Assembly: GCA_023245775.1 (NCBI GenBank)
Contig: JAHFJR010000002.1
Span: forward strand, 1,902 to 65,901
Length of the DNA stretch: 64,000 bases
DNA from: Candidatus Peribacteria bacterium
GTDB taxonomy: Bacteria; Patescibacteriota; Gracilibacteria; Peribacterales; Peribacteraceae
Direction: 5' to 3'
The position numbers and the translations under genes are program-made. Shown in pieces: positions 17,106 through 26,120 of this stretch. Every line of letters starts with the position of its first letter. The first letter of the stretch is position 1. Below the pieces are notes generated by a model that saw only the letters and a list, made by a program, of their open reading frames with translations, was not told the DNA's origin and did not search any database.

Positions 17106-18038
17106 ATGTCTACGAATCCTCCTCCATCGACGGTCGGTACGGCGGGGGCTCCATCGGATGGTGGGCGTGAAGCCGCTCGAGTCGCTCGTCTGGGGAAGGA
17201 ACGTGCGGAGAGGGAAGCGAAGCTCCAGCAGCATTTGCGGGAGCAGCATGCAGAGGAGCAGCATAGAGCACAACGGGCGCTGGAACAGCGCTCGTTCGAT
17301 GCGTCCGATCACAAGAGAGCGCAGGAGGGATATCGCATCGAGATGCACGCTCGCCAGAGTGAAATGGAAGATCGGAAGCTTGCACAGGAGAAGGAGGAGA
17401 AGAGAGGTGTGGAGCAGAAGCATCGACGCGAAGAAGAGGTGAAGCGAGAGAAGAAGTACATGAGCAAGCTTCGTGAGTCAGGGGAACTGAAGATGGTTGA
17501 GCAACATCGTCAGAGCATGGTGAAGCGTGACTATGAAGCTGGCCGGCAGAATGCGATGATCAAATTGCAGGCCAAGTTGCAGATGGCGAAGCAGGCGGAG
17601 TCTGCCCACCTCGAGGAGATCGAACGTGAAGTGCGTGCACGCAAGGTTGTGATCGAAGGCGAGACCCACGCGGAGCTCTATCATCTGGAGGGCACGTATC
17701 GCATGCGGATCCATACACTGGAGAGTGAACTTGCTCGCGATACGGTGGGAGCACGAACAGGGAGTCTTCGTGAACAACAGCAGAAGCGCTCTGTTCTCGA
17801 AGCCGAAGTCCGCACCAAGCGTCAACGTGTTGACAGAGAAATCGAAGAGCAGAAACAGCAGATCGCGATGCACGATCGCACGAAGAAAAATTCCATCGAT
17901 TCCGATGCGCAGGTGAAGCGGATCGAGATCGCCGCCGAACACCAGCGTGCCAATCGTCTAGCGGAGCAGTGGTATGGTGACTGCCTCAACGAACTCAAGA
18001 GGGCGTACGATGAGCAGCACTCCAAACGAGGAGCATAA
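17106..18038 (+). CDS. hypothetical highly charged coiled-coil-type protein (310 aa)
   Basis: Long ORF with a K/E/R/Q-rich sequence. The start was chosen from the -10-N6-ATG pattern; ATG 17079 is an alternative. Confidence 0.55.
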   Translation: MSTNPPPSTVGTAGAPSDGGREAARVARLGKERAEREAKLQQHLREQHAEEQHRAQRALEQRSFDASDHKRAQEGYRIEMHARQSEMEDRKLAQEKEEKRGVEQKHRREEEVKREKKYMSKLRESGELKMVEQHRQSMVKRDYEAGRQNAMIKLQAKLQMAKQAESAHLEEIEREVRARKVVIEGETHAELYHLEGTYRMRIHTLESELARDTVGARTGSLREQQQKRSVLEAEVRTKRQRVDREIEEQKQQIAMHDRTKKNSIDSDAQVKRIEIAAEHQRANRLAEQWYGDCLNELKRAYDEQHSKRGA

Positions 18039-18057
18039 CGCAGTACAATGATTGTAT

Positions 18058-18118
18058 GCCCAGGTGGCGAACCTGCCTCCCGGAGGGAGGATGGCAGACC
18101 TGCCTACCGGCAGGCGCG
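18058..18118 (+). pseudogene. degenerate copy of the tRNA-Leu 5' part, interrupted by two palindromic modules
   Basis: gcccaggtggcgaa + [cctgcctcccggagggagg] + atggcagac + [ctgcctaccggcagg]. With the bracketed palindromes removed it matches the tRNA-Leu 5' end gccggggtggcgaaatggcagac (18373-18395) at 21/23 positions. Confidence 0.65.
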
Positions 18119-18141
18119 TCTTCCTTCCCTATTTCTCTTCT

Positions 18142-18408
18142 ATGTTTACAGTCTATGTGCTTCGTAGCCAAAAGCGAGAATATTGGTATGTAGGACTCAC
18201 TGCCAATCTTGAGCGTCGTGTTACTGAGCATCAGGATGGCAGAGAGCGTACGACAAAACCTTATCGTCCGTTTGATCTTGTACACACTGAAAATTTTACA
18301 ACTCGACCTGAAGCTCGAAAGAGAGAAAAATACTTAAAGTCAGGCTCTGGAAAAGAATGGTTAAAAACCCCTGCCGGGGTGGCGAAATGGCAGACGCATC
18401 AGCCTTAG
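18142..18408 (+). CDS. small GIY-YIG nuclease superfamily protein (88 aa)
   Basis: FTVYVLRSQKREYWYVGLTANLERRVTEHQ...ARKREKYLKSGSGKEW is a GIY-YIG (UPF0213-like) pattern. The 3' end overlaps tRNA-Leu. Confidence 0.75.
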   Translation: MFTVYVLRSQKREYWYVGLTANLERRVTEHQDGRERTTKPYRPFDLVHTENFTTRPEARKREKYLKSGSGKEWLKTPAGVAKWQTHQP

Positions 18409-18458
18409 GAGCTGACGGGAGCAATCCCATGGAGGTTCAAGTCCTCTCCCCGGCACCA
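18373..18458 (+). tRNA. tRNA-Leu (anticodon TAG), long variable arm, CCA encoded
   Basis: Manual cloverleaf. Acceptor GCCGGGG/CCCCGGC. Anticodon stem TCAGC/GCTGA with loop CTTAGGA. Variable arm cgggagcaatcccatg. T-arm GGAGG-TTCAAGT-CCTCT. Confidence 0.85.
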
Positions 18459-18497
18459 CCGATTGTCGCGTTCTCCCGCCTCGCCTATGCTAGGCGT

Positions 18498-19847
18498 ATG
18501 AAGAGAGCGATAGGATCAAGACGTGCTGTCATCGCATGGGTAGGTGCTGTGGTGCTCATCCTCGTCTCCCTTCTCACGTATCAATCTTTCCGGCAGGGAT
18601 ACAACATTCCCGTCTGGCAGGTCGACCACTTTGACCATGCTGATTTTCGTTACGTTGCAGAGATCTTCTGGGGAGAACCTCATGACCTTCGTACCTATCA
18701 ACCAGATTTCTCGGAGGATTGGGGTCGCTACTTGGACGCCGTCCCCTTCCGGGGCATCGGTGTTGGGACGTACTACCTGACACTCCGTGCGTTGATCGGC
18801 TTCGTGAATCCTGGGGTCGCAGCGGACCCCATACGCTTAGGTGTGTTCATCGCTTGGTCGATGAAGCTTCTGCTCGCTTCTGCATACGCGATCTTCTTTG
18901 GGGTCTGCCGTCGTCGCGTTGGCACGCGCCTCGCTCTCCTCTGTCTCGCTCTCCTTCTGTTTCCTTGGAAAACGTGGATCCTCATCGAAGAGATGCTCGT
19001 CGAGCCGCTCGTCCGGATTCTCTTCGTCCTAGCGATGAGCGTCCTTCTCTCCATCCACGAGTCTCGTGGACGGCTTCGCCTTGGCGCTGCGCTCTTCCTC
19101 TTCCCCTTCCTCCTCGCTGCACACCTCAAAGCTCCGTGGATGTTCTATCCCCTCCTCATTCTTCCGGCGATCGTCCTTCGTCTGCATGCGGAGAAGCTCT
19201 CCCTCAGGCATGCACTCCCAGCAGTCGCTCTGACCCTCTGCGTGCCGCTTACGCTCCTCCTCGTCAATGTTCTTTGGTGGCAGGATCTCACACTCTCTCC
19301 TGGGGCGGGACTCCATGCACAGTTCAAGACGGGGGAGTACACCTCTTCGCTCTGCAGATCCCCCACTCCTCTGGTGACTGTTTTCTGTAACAGAACGACT
19401 AAGCTCAACAGTTGGTGGAACGTGTACATGGGGCCGGATGCACTTCCCGAAAATTACCGCGCACTCGATCGTGGTGTTCTTCCCTACATCCTCCATACAC
19501 CACAGCGGATGATCACCGATGCCTTCGATGGACTTCGGGTTGCGAGCAATGTCCCCGAAGGCGCTATGGATATTCTCCCGTATGGGGCTTCGCTCGTGAT
19601 CCTGCTTCTGGATATTTCTACATGGATTCTTCTTCTCGTTGGACTCTTCCAAAAAGAAACCATCCTCCTCTCAGCCGCAGGTCTTGGCCTCTGGATCATC
19701 CCAGCAATCGGTGCAATCTTCGCATTGTACGATCCACGCTATCATCGACCGATGGCTGGCATTCCTCTGATTCTTGCGATTCTGATCGCAGTGAAGCTGT
19801 ATGGAATATGGAAGAAGAATGGAAAGCAGCAGAAAAAATCGCTGTAG
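18498..19847 (+). CDS. polytopic integral membrane protein (449 aa), possible GT-C-type glycosyltransferase
   Basis: Many hydrophobic segments. The ATG at 18498 lies after the tRNA and is preceded by TATGCT-N6. The family assignment is tentative. Confidence 0.6.
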   Translation: MKRAIGSRRAVIAWVGAVVLILVSLLTYQSFRQGYNIPVWQVDHFDHADFRYVAEIFWGEPHDLRTYQPDFSEDWGRYLDAVPFRGIGVGTYYLTLRALIGFVNPGVAADPIRLGVFIAWSMKLLLASAYAIFFGVCRRRVGTRLALLCLALLLFPWKTWILIEEMLVEPLVRILFVLAMSVLLSIHESRGRLRLGAALFLFPFLLAAHLKAPWMFYPLLILPAIVLRLHAEKLSLRHALPAVALTLCVPLTLLLVNVLWWQDLTLSPGAGLHAQFKTGEYTSSLCRSPTPLVTVFCNRTTKLNSWWNVYMGPDALPENYRALDRGVLPYILHTPQRMITDAFDGLRVASNVPEGAMDILPYGASLVILLLDISTWILLLVGLFQKETILLSAAGLGLWIIPAIGAIFALYDPRYHRPMAGIPLILAILIAVKLYGIWKKNGKQQKKSL

Positions 19848-19898
19848 GTTTTAACCACTCCATATTCCGAAGAATCTATCTTGTGATTCTTTAATCAC

Positions 19899-21998
19899 TC
19901 ACTTCGCAGAAGTTTTTTGCAATTCCTCAACTCTCCTCCCGACTGCGATCTTGAAAAAAGAAAGAATTTGTCTCCTGTGAATAATCCGATAGAACTGATC
20001 TCTTTGCTTCTGAGGAATGGGGGCTTGTTCTGCTTGCGACATCAATAAGTTCACCGCGATACTGTTGTCAGTTTCTGTGAAAATTTTAGAAAGATCTTCG
20101 CTCGTTTTCTTGAGCGCAGACAGATTATTCTTATCCAATCCTCGTACAACAAGGATACACTTTTGTATCAACGTGTTGACACTTTTTACTATATCCACCA
20201 TAGCGGTATTGAAGGTGGGTGTTGTATCGGTATATTCCGTCATCGTTGTTACAATGTTCATTTGGGCCTCAAAAGGCAGTTTCTTGAATGCAGATGTATC
20301 AAAACTCTCGAATGTCTTTGGATTTTTTTCTTCTTGGAAAGTTGGGGGTCCATTCTCCTCTTTTTGCGCTTCACCTGATTTCTTTTCCTCACTCTTTTTC
20401 TTTCCTATCACGTTCCAGCGGCTTTCCTCCTCCTCCTTCTTCTTCAGATCTTCTAGTTTCTTTTCCAACACTTTTCGTGCAGTAACCAGTTCCTTCAGCT
20501 TCGTTTCCAGCTCCGCGAGTTTCAACTGATACGCCTCGGTCTTTTCAGAGTCTCCAGCATCCCTCCTCATGGATTCCTTCAACTCGTCAATGTTTTTCTG
20601 CAGACCTTTCTCCGTTCCATTCGACAGGGAGATCTGTGTCTCCAGTGACTTCTTCTCCTTCAAAAATTCCTCCTGCGTCTTCTCCTTCGTTGCTGCTTCA
20701 GCGGCCTTGTCTTTCGTCTGCTTGATCGCCTTCACATCCTTCCCCTTCAGGCTCGTGCTGTCTCCGAGTGCACTCACGATCTGGAGGAGCCCCATGAGAA
20801 TACCAAACAGACGTTCCATGCTGTCTTTCGGATGCATCTGAATGTTGCTTGGATCAAAGTTTGTCGATTCGATATCAACTCCCATCATGCGCATCGTTCC
20901 TTCCGCCATCGAGCGCTCATACTCATTCTTGGCAGTGCGATAGCGATTGATGAGCGAGGTGATGGTCCTACGAGCGCGCTCGGTGAGCGGTGCACCCTGT
21001 TCGTAGGAGAGACGACTTTCATTTCCGATGCGATCGAGGACGTTCCTCTGCTCTGGTGTCAGTGTTTGCAGGAACTGCTCGGCTTCTGGCGATGGTCCTC
21101 CTTGTGCGGTTCCGAGGAGGACGCCGCAGACGCTCTGTTGTACTCCTTGCGGGAGCGCCGTGAACCCTTGCATGACACCCATGAGCATCTGCTGAGCCCC
21201 TATGGGGAGTGTCTCGTAGACGCGCACGACCGGTCCCTGCAGTTGCTGCGGCAGTGTCTGGATCTGTTTCGCTGCTTCCGGTGGCTGGATGCGCTGGAGT
21301 CGCTCGTTGAGGTCGAAGCGCATCTGTTCGCCCTGCTTCGCAAAGCGTGGGTCGTCGGGCCGTGGGATGCCTGGGGACTGCGGCGCTGAAGGTGCGGAAG
21401 CAGGTTGTGCAGTGGGAACGAGATAATCTATTTCCCGCTGGATACTGTTGATCTCTTTTTCTATCTTCAGGATTCGTCCTGCGATGATCATGTTGCGACC
21501 GTGGCTCATTTTCGAGAGAGCAGCGATCATCGACTTCTTCTCTCTAATGGTATCGGTCAGGAATCTCCGTCTGCGTTCAATTCGCTGTGCTTCCTGAGCG
21601 GGGTTCTTCCTCGGGTGGATGGAAATAAAATCTGATTCCCTGCTGATCGACCACGGCGCGTTTTGCCCTTTCAGATGTGCATTACGTCTCGTGACATAGT
21701 CTTCGATCTCTTTTGGTGATTTCCCTCCGACGAAGTGCGAGAACATACACTGCTCCATCTGCTTGACTTGATCCCATTGCTTGTTCGCTTCTGCGGTTGC
21801 TTGCATCAGCTGCGGTGATTGCATCAGATGGTTGAACACGTCCTGAGGATTTTCCCCATAGAGCGAGAGAACGGGAACCTTCTGGACTTCTGGAACCTTT
21901 GCAGCGTTCTGCTCCTCAGGTGTTCCTCCTGCAAACGCAAGGAGACGCATCTCTCTCGAGGACCAGTCTCTGCCGACGGAGAGGGAGACTGGAAACAT
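19899..21998 (-). CDS. orphan protein (699 aa) with a long K/E-rich coiled-coil segment
   Basis: Long ORF with no signal peptide. The start is immediately adjacent to the upstream stop (TAAATG). Confidence 0.65.
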   Translation of the reverse strand: MFPVSLSVGRDWSSREMRLLAFAGGTPEEQNAAKVPEVQKVPVLSLYGENPQDVFNHLMQSPQLMQATAEANKQWDQVKQMEQCMFSHFVGGKSPKEIEDYVTRRNAHLKGQNAPWSISRESDFISIHPRKNPAQEAQRIERRRRFLTDTIREKKSMIAALSKMSHGRNMIIAGRILKIEKEINSIQREIDYLVPTAQPASAPSAPQSPGIPRPDDPRFAKQGEQMRFDLNERLQRIQPPEAAKQIQTLPQQLQGPVVRVYETLPIGAQQMLMGVMQGFTALPQGVQQSVCGVLLGTAQGGPSPEAEQFLQTLTPEQRNVLDRIGNESRLSYEQGAPLTERARRTITSLINRYRTAKNEYERSMAEGTMRMMGVDIESTNFDPSNIQMHPKDSMERLFGILMGLLQIVSALGDSTSLKGKDVKAIKQTKDKAAEAATKEKTQEEFLKEKKSLETQISLSNGTEKGLQKNIDELKESMRRDAGDSEKTEAYQLKLAELETKLKELVTARKVLEKKLEDLKKKEEEESRWNVIGKKKSEEKKSGEAQKEENGPPTFQEEKNPKTFESFDTSAFKKLPFEAQMNIVTTMTEYTDTTPTFNTAMVDIVKSVNTLIQKCILVVRGLDKNNLSALKKTSEDLSKIFTETDNSIAVNLLMSQAEQAPIPQKQRDQFYRIIHRRQILSFFKIAVGRRVEELQKTSAK

Positions 21999-22352
21999 TT
22001 AGATGGAGAGAGTGGAGGACATCTGCGATGTAATCGATTGCAGCTGGATTTCGTCTTCTCCGGAAAGTTCCTGTTCCAGCGACTGCATCGCGGTGCGTTT
22101 GTAGGTGTGAAATTCTTGCATCCATCGATGCATGAATTCCTCGGATCTTTGGTCATATTCCGCGTACGCTGCATGGAAGCGCGCAGCCAGCTCTTCTCTC
22201 TCTTCAGGGCTCGCTGTGGTAGCCTCACGTTTCGTCCGCTCAAGATTTTCAGTGAGCAGTGCCGGCTCGATGTCGATCATGATGGAGTCATACAGCTCAG
22301 GGCCCGTCAGGAGCGGCAGGTCCAGCGTGGAGAAGGCAGGGGGGGTCGGCAT
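21999..22352 (-). CDS. hypothetical protein (117 aa)
   Basis: ORF directly abutting the 699-aa gene. The start at MPTPPAF was chosen because a TATAAT (22378-22383, minus strand) lies inside the longer version. Confidence 0.5.
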   Translation of the reverse strand: MPTPPAFSTLDLPLLTGPELYDSIMIDIEPALLTENLERTKREATTASPEEREELAARFHAAYAEYDQRSEEFMHRWMQEFHTYKRTAMQSLEQELSGEDEIQLQSITSQMSSTLSI

Positions 22353-22436
22353 GGGAGTGAGATGAATTTTTCTAAGTATTATAGCAGAGAACGAAGTTTC
22401 GTACAAGAATCCCCGTGCAGCACTCTTCTGGATGTT

Positions 22437-22445
22437 TGGTACGAT
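22437..22445 (+). promoter_or_regulatory. extended -10 TGgTACGAT, 6 nt upstream of ATG 22452
   Basis: TG at 22437-22438, TACGAT at 22440-22445. Confidence 0.4.
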
Positions 22446-22451
22446 GCGCTC

Positions 22452-24116
22452 ATGCGTGTGACCCTTCCACTTCTCTCGCTGCTCGTTCTCCCCCTCACAG
22501 CGTTCGCTCTCACGATCCAGCCTGCGACGCTCTTCCTCGATGTTCGTTCATCGAGTCCCGAAGCGGCGGGGATTCATCTGCTTGCCGCCGATGGCATCGT
22601 GAATGGCTACAGCGACGGGCGTTTCGGTCCCACAAGACAGATCAATCGTGCGGAGTTTCTGAAGATCGCGATGAAGAGTGCCTCGACGATCTCGTCGGAA
22701 TTCGCACCCGAAACGTGCTTCCCGGATGTCAAGAGTGACGACTGGTTCAGCCTGTTCGTCTGCACAGCAAAGGCGAAGGGGGTCGTGCGTGGCCGTCCCG
22801 ATGGTCTCTTCCACCCCGAACAACCGGTGCAGTACGACGAAGCGCTGAAGATACTCACACTCGTTTTCGACTACACGATTCCCGCCCTCACGAGTGGCGA
22901 TTGGGCCGAGCCGTACTACCGTGCGGCGGCCACGAAGTCCGTTGATCTTCCGATCACGATCCGGTTCGATACACCCCTCACACGCGGCCTCGCCGCGCGC
23001 CTCGCCGCCGCATTCCTCGCTGAGTCCGCTGGGCAACTCCCCGCACTTCGCCTCGCGGAGGCAGGACAGTATTCTAGGTCATCAGAAACATCCTCATCGA
23101 GCTCATCTTCCTCTGAAGCATCGCTCGCACCTACCGCACCTACCGTCCTTGCCCAACCTCCTCCACCTTCTTCAGCATCACTCTTCACGCTCCCGTCCGT
23201 CAGTCATTTCCTCGTGCTCGGACAGAGATCGGATGCCATTGCCAATCTCTCGATCACCAGTCGTGGCGAGACGGCTCGTCTTGTCTCCGCACAGGTGAAA
23301 CTTTTTTCAGAGGTCACAGCTCTCGATACGCTCGAGCTCGTGAATGCCCTCGATGGGACGGTTGTGATGACCCTTCCACGCAGGACCACAACGGATCTGT
23401 CCGACTACAAGATGACGTACGAAGCGCAGATCGATCTCGCTGATCAACTGAGAATTCCTGCAGACAAACCTCTCCAGCTCGTGCTCCGTGCGAAGATCCG
23501 TAGCATCGACAACAATGGTGCATCCGAGCAGTTCCTCCAGGTGCGCACATTCTCCGTGACGACCTACGGTGAGACAACGCAGAACACCATCAATCATCCA
23601 GCCGTCGCTCCGTTCCCTGCTCACCAAACATCATTCGGTCGAATCGTAGGCGTGCAGAGAGTGTCACCGGAACGTTCGACGATTCTCTCTGGGACCGGAA
23701 GCAGTGTGAGTACATTCTCGTTCAGTGGCAGTGTGCTTGCGGGGAAATCATTGACCATCGAGCACGTGGCGTTTCAGATGCTCAAGACTGGTGGCGTGAC
23801 GGTGAGCAATTGGCGGATTCGTCCACAGGGATCGCAGATGTCCATTCCCTGCACGGTGAGCCAGACGGACGGCTCGGTACTCACGTGTACGAATCTAGGT
23901 TCCATCGGAACCCTCGGGGCGTCATCTCTGGTTCTCGAGGTCCTCGCGGACATCGCTGTTTTCCCGAGCACGACTTCTGCAAGCCTCGAGATTGATCTCG
24001 CTTCGGGTGGTTCACCCTCGTCGTTTGGCAGTGTTCAGTGGACGGATCAGTCGGGACATTTCCGCTGGATCGAAGGACCATCGCCCCCTACGAAGGGGAC
24101 GAAATGGCAACCTTAG
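22452..24116 (+). CDS. SLH-domain cell-surface (S-layer-like) protein (554 aa)
   Basis: Signal peptide MRVTLPLLSLLVLPLTAFA. SLH motifs (GIVNGYSDGRFGPTRQINRAEFLKI; GVVRGRPDGLFHPEQPVQYDEALKIL). Ser-rich linker and a beta-rich C-terminal part. Confidence 0.75.
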   Translation: MRVTLPLLSLLVLPLTAFALTIQPATLFLDVRSSSPEAAGIHLLAADGIVNGYSDGRFGPTRQINRAEFLKIAMKSASTISSEFAPETCFPDVKSDDWFSLFVCTAKAKGVVRGRPDGLFHPEQPVQYDEALKILTLVFDYTIPALTSGDWAEPYYRAAATKSVDLPITIRFDTPLTRGLAARLAAAFLAESAGQLPALRLAEAGQYSRSSETSSSSSSSSEASLAPTAPTVLAQPPPPSSASLFTLPSVSHFLVLGQRSDAIANLSITSRGETARLVSAQVKLFSEVTALDTLELVNALDGTVVMTLPRRTTTDLSDYKMTYEAQIDLADQLRIPADKPLQLVLRAKIRSIDNNGASEQFLQVRTFSVTTYGETTQNTINHPAVAPFPAHQTSFGRIVGVQRVSPERSTILSGTGSSVSTFSFSGSVLAGKSLTIEHVAFQMLKTGGVTVSNWRIRPQGSQMSIPCTVSQTDGSVLTCTNLGSIGTLGASSLVLEVLADIAVFPSTTSASLEIDLASGGSPSSFGSVQWTDQSGHFRWIEGPSPPTKGTKWQP

Positions 24117-24264
24117 AAGTTGGCTGAGATCACGAGCAGGAAGGCTCCTGCGAAGGTCGTGTAGAGCGTTGCGAGAACGCACAACTTCTCGTAGTGACTC
24201 TGTTCATGAGGCAACATATGGATGTGTGTAAAGAAGTAATGTTACTATTATACAATACTTCTAT

Positions 24265-25110
24265 CTATTTAGCAAGTACCCTCTTGAGCTCTCTAGCCAT
24301 GCCTTCCACAGCCTTTGAGGCCTCTTTCTGCCAGTCGGAACCCTTGGAAGCGTAGAGAATGCCACGGGAGGAGTTCACGATGGCTCCGGTTCCGTCTGCA
24401 AGAAAGCCTGTGCGGCAATCTTCCGCTGTTCCCCCCTGCGCCCCATAGCCGGGAATGAGGAATGGAACATGCGGCATGAGGGTCCGGAGGTACGTGAGTT
24501 CTTCGGGGTAGGTCGCGCCGATGACAGCGCCGATGCAGCTGAGATTGCTCTGTTGTCCAAGTCCAGCGGTTGCCCAACTTTCGACCAGCTGTGCGAGGTG
24601 TTCGTGCACGACTTCGTCGCCGATCGGAAGATCCTGCAGCTCACCGGAGCTCGGATTACTCGTTTTTACGAGGATGTAGATACCACGATCATTCTTTGTA
24701 CACGCATCGACAAATGGCTTGATCCCATCCGAGCCAAGGTATGGTGACACCGTCAGCGCATCGATCGGCTTGTCTTCTCCTAGGTACGCTTCAGCGTACG
24801 CATCGCACGTTGAACCAATATCGTTGCGCTTGCCATCCGCGATGACGATCAACCCTTTCTTCTGCGCGTAGCCGCAAACCTCGAAGAAGACTTTCATTCC
24901 TTCCCACCCGAGTAGCTCGAAGTACGCGAGTTGCGGCTTCACCGCACATGCGATATCGCTGACTGCATCGATGATTCCCTTGCAGAATTTCTCGACACCC
25001 GCTGGAGATTTTTCGATGCCTTCGGGCAGTTGCTGCAGGATCGGATCAAGACCGACACACACGGGTGATGTTTTTTTGATGCGCAGAGCGAGACGATCGG
25101 CGTAGTGCAT
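24265..25110 (-). CDS. pyrF: orotidine 5'-phosphate decarboxylase, type 2 (281 aa)
   Basis: VCVGLDP, ADGKRNDIGST and LIPGYGAQGG motifs. Confidence 0.85.
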   Translation of the reverse strand: MHYADRLALRIKKTSPVCVGLDPILQQLPEGIEKSPAGVEKFCKGIIDAVSDIACAVKPQLAYFELLGWEGMKVFFEVCGYAQKKGLIVIADGKRNDIGSTCDAYAEAYLGEDKPIDALTVSPYLGSDGIKPFVDACTKNDRGIYILVKTSNPSSGELQDLPIGDEVVHEHLAQLVESWATAGLGQQSNLSCIGAVIGATYPEELTYLRTLMPHVPFLIPGYGAQGGTAEDCRTGFLADGTGAIVNSSRGILYASKGSDWQKEASKAVEGMARELKRVLAK

Positions 25111-25177
25111 ACGACCCTGATTCTAGACTTCTTTGCAGTATTTGACAAACATACTTGTAATATGTTTTATTATCTCT

Positions 25178-26113
25178 ATGCAGAGCAACCTTCGAACCCT
25201 CAATCCACTGCCGTCTGATGATCCTGCGGTCGACTGGAGCGAGCCTGCAACATGGGTATATAGGAGTGCGGATGCTGGAAAAGCAATCGAAGAAGCGAAG
25301 AGCATACGAGGTGCAGTCGCTGCATCCTATGGTCTTCGTACGGCACTGCATGGTTCCCCTATTCTCCATTCCGGATTCTCGCTGGAAAGTATTGACCCCA
25401 TGCATCTCGCCTCACTGAAGACGGGGATAGAGGAGGAATTTCCGCGATCAGTCAATCCCGGACTCCATGAACATCTGGATCTTGCCGGGGTAACAGCACG
25501 GACAATTGTAGAGCAATTGCGTGGCAGAGTTCCTGGGGTTCTTCCTCCTGTTGCAGCCGAGACGGCAAGCTATCTCAACGACATCGGGAAGCTTTCAGGT
25601 GTCTTCCGTTATTTTCTCAATGATGTGCTTGGTGATGCGATGCTCAGTCGCATCGGCGTCCGTTCCGACATCACCGCGGCATTCCAACCGCTCCAGTCCT
25701 ACATCGGCCCTTTCACGAATGCTGAGTATCGGAAGAAGAACGAGACAAACGCTGCTCAGGGGATCCGCCAGTATGCGGATCGTGTTCTCTCTGTACTCAC
25801 TCCCCCGCAGAAGATTTGGATTCTTTCAGATGTGTTAGGCAGGAGGAGCAAGGAAGTAGCAGGTGCATTGACCACCTTCGACGAGATGCTTGCGTATCAC
25901 AGTAAGACGCGCAGTTCGCCTGATGCCTATGAAGATCTCATCAAGGAGAAGGCGCTCTGGCCTGCCGAGATTTATGCCTACAATCATATGGCCGGATGGA
26001 GCGAGGGATGGGCGCACATCTACAGAACCATTCGAGACGATATAGAGACTATCGGGATTGATCTTGGTGATATTCGTTCGCGTGTCGCCGATCACTATCC
26101 GCTCGAGAAATAG
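25178..26113 (+). CDS. hypothetical protein (311 aa)
   Basis: ORF. TTGACA (25142-25147)-17-TTTTAT lies 7 nt before ATG 25178. The TTG at 25133 would place that promoter inside the gene. Confidence 0.5.
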   Translation: MQSNLRTLNPLPSDDPAVDWSEPATWVYRSADAGKAIEEAKSIRGAVAASYGLRTALHGSPILHSGFSLESIDPMHLASLKTGIEEEFPRSVNPGLHEHLDLAGVTARTIVEQLRGRVPGVLPPVAAETASYLNDIGKLSGVFRYFLNDVLGDAMLSRIGVRSDITAAFQPLQSYIGPFTNAEYRKKNETNAAQGIRQYADRVLSVLTPPQKIWILSDVLGRRSKEVAGALTTFDEMLAYHSKTRSSPDAYEDLIKEKALWPAEIYAYNHMAGWSEGWAHIYRTIRDDIETIGIDLGDIRSRVADHYPLEK

Positions 26114-26120
26114 GTAACAC

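Noticed and set aside
18357-18497. Longer version of the membrane-protein ORF starting at 18357
   Set aside because: It would run across the whole tRNA-Leu gene. ATG 18498, with TATGCT-N6 upstream, is the plausible start.
21819-22451. N-terminal 211-codon extension of the SLH protein ORF (ORF track start 21819)
   Set aside because: It overlaps two minus-strand genes. The signal peptide begins at ATG 22452, which is preceded by TGgTACGAT-N6.
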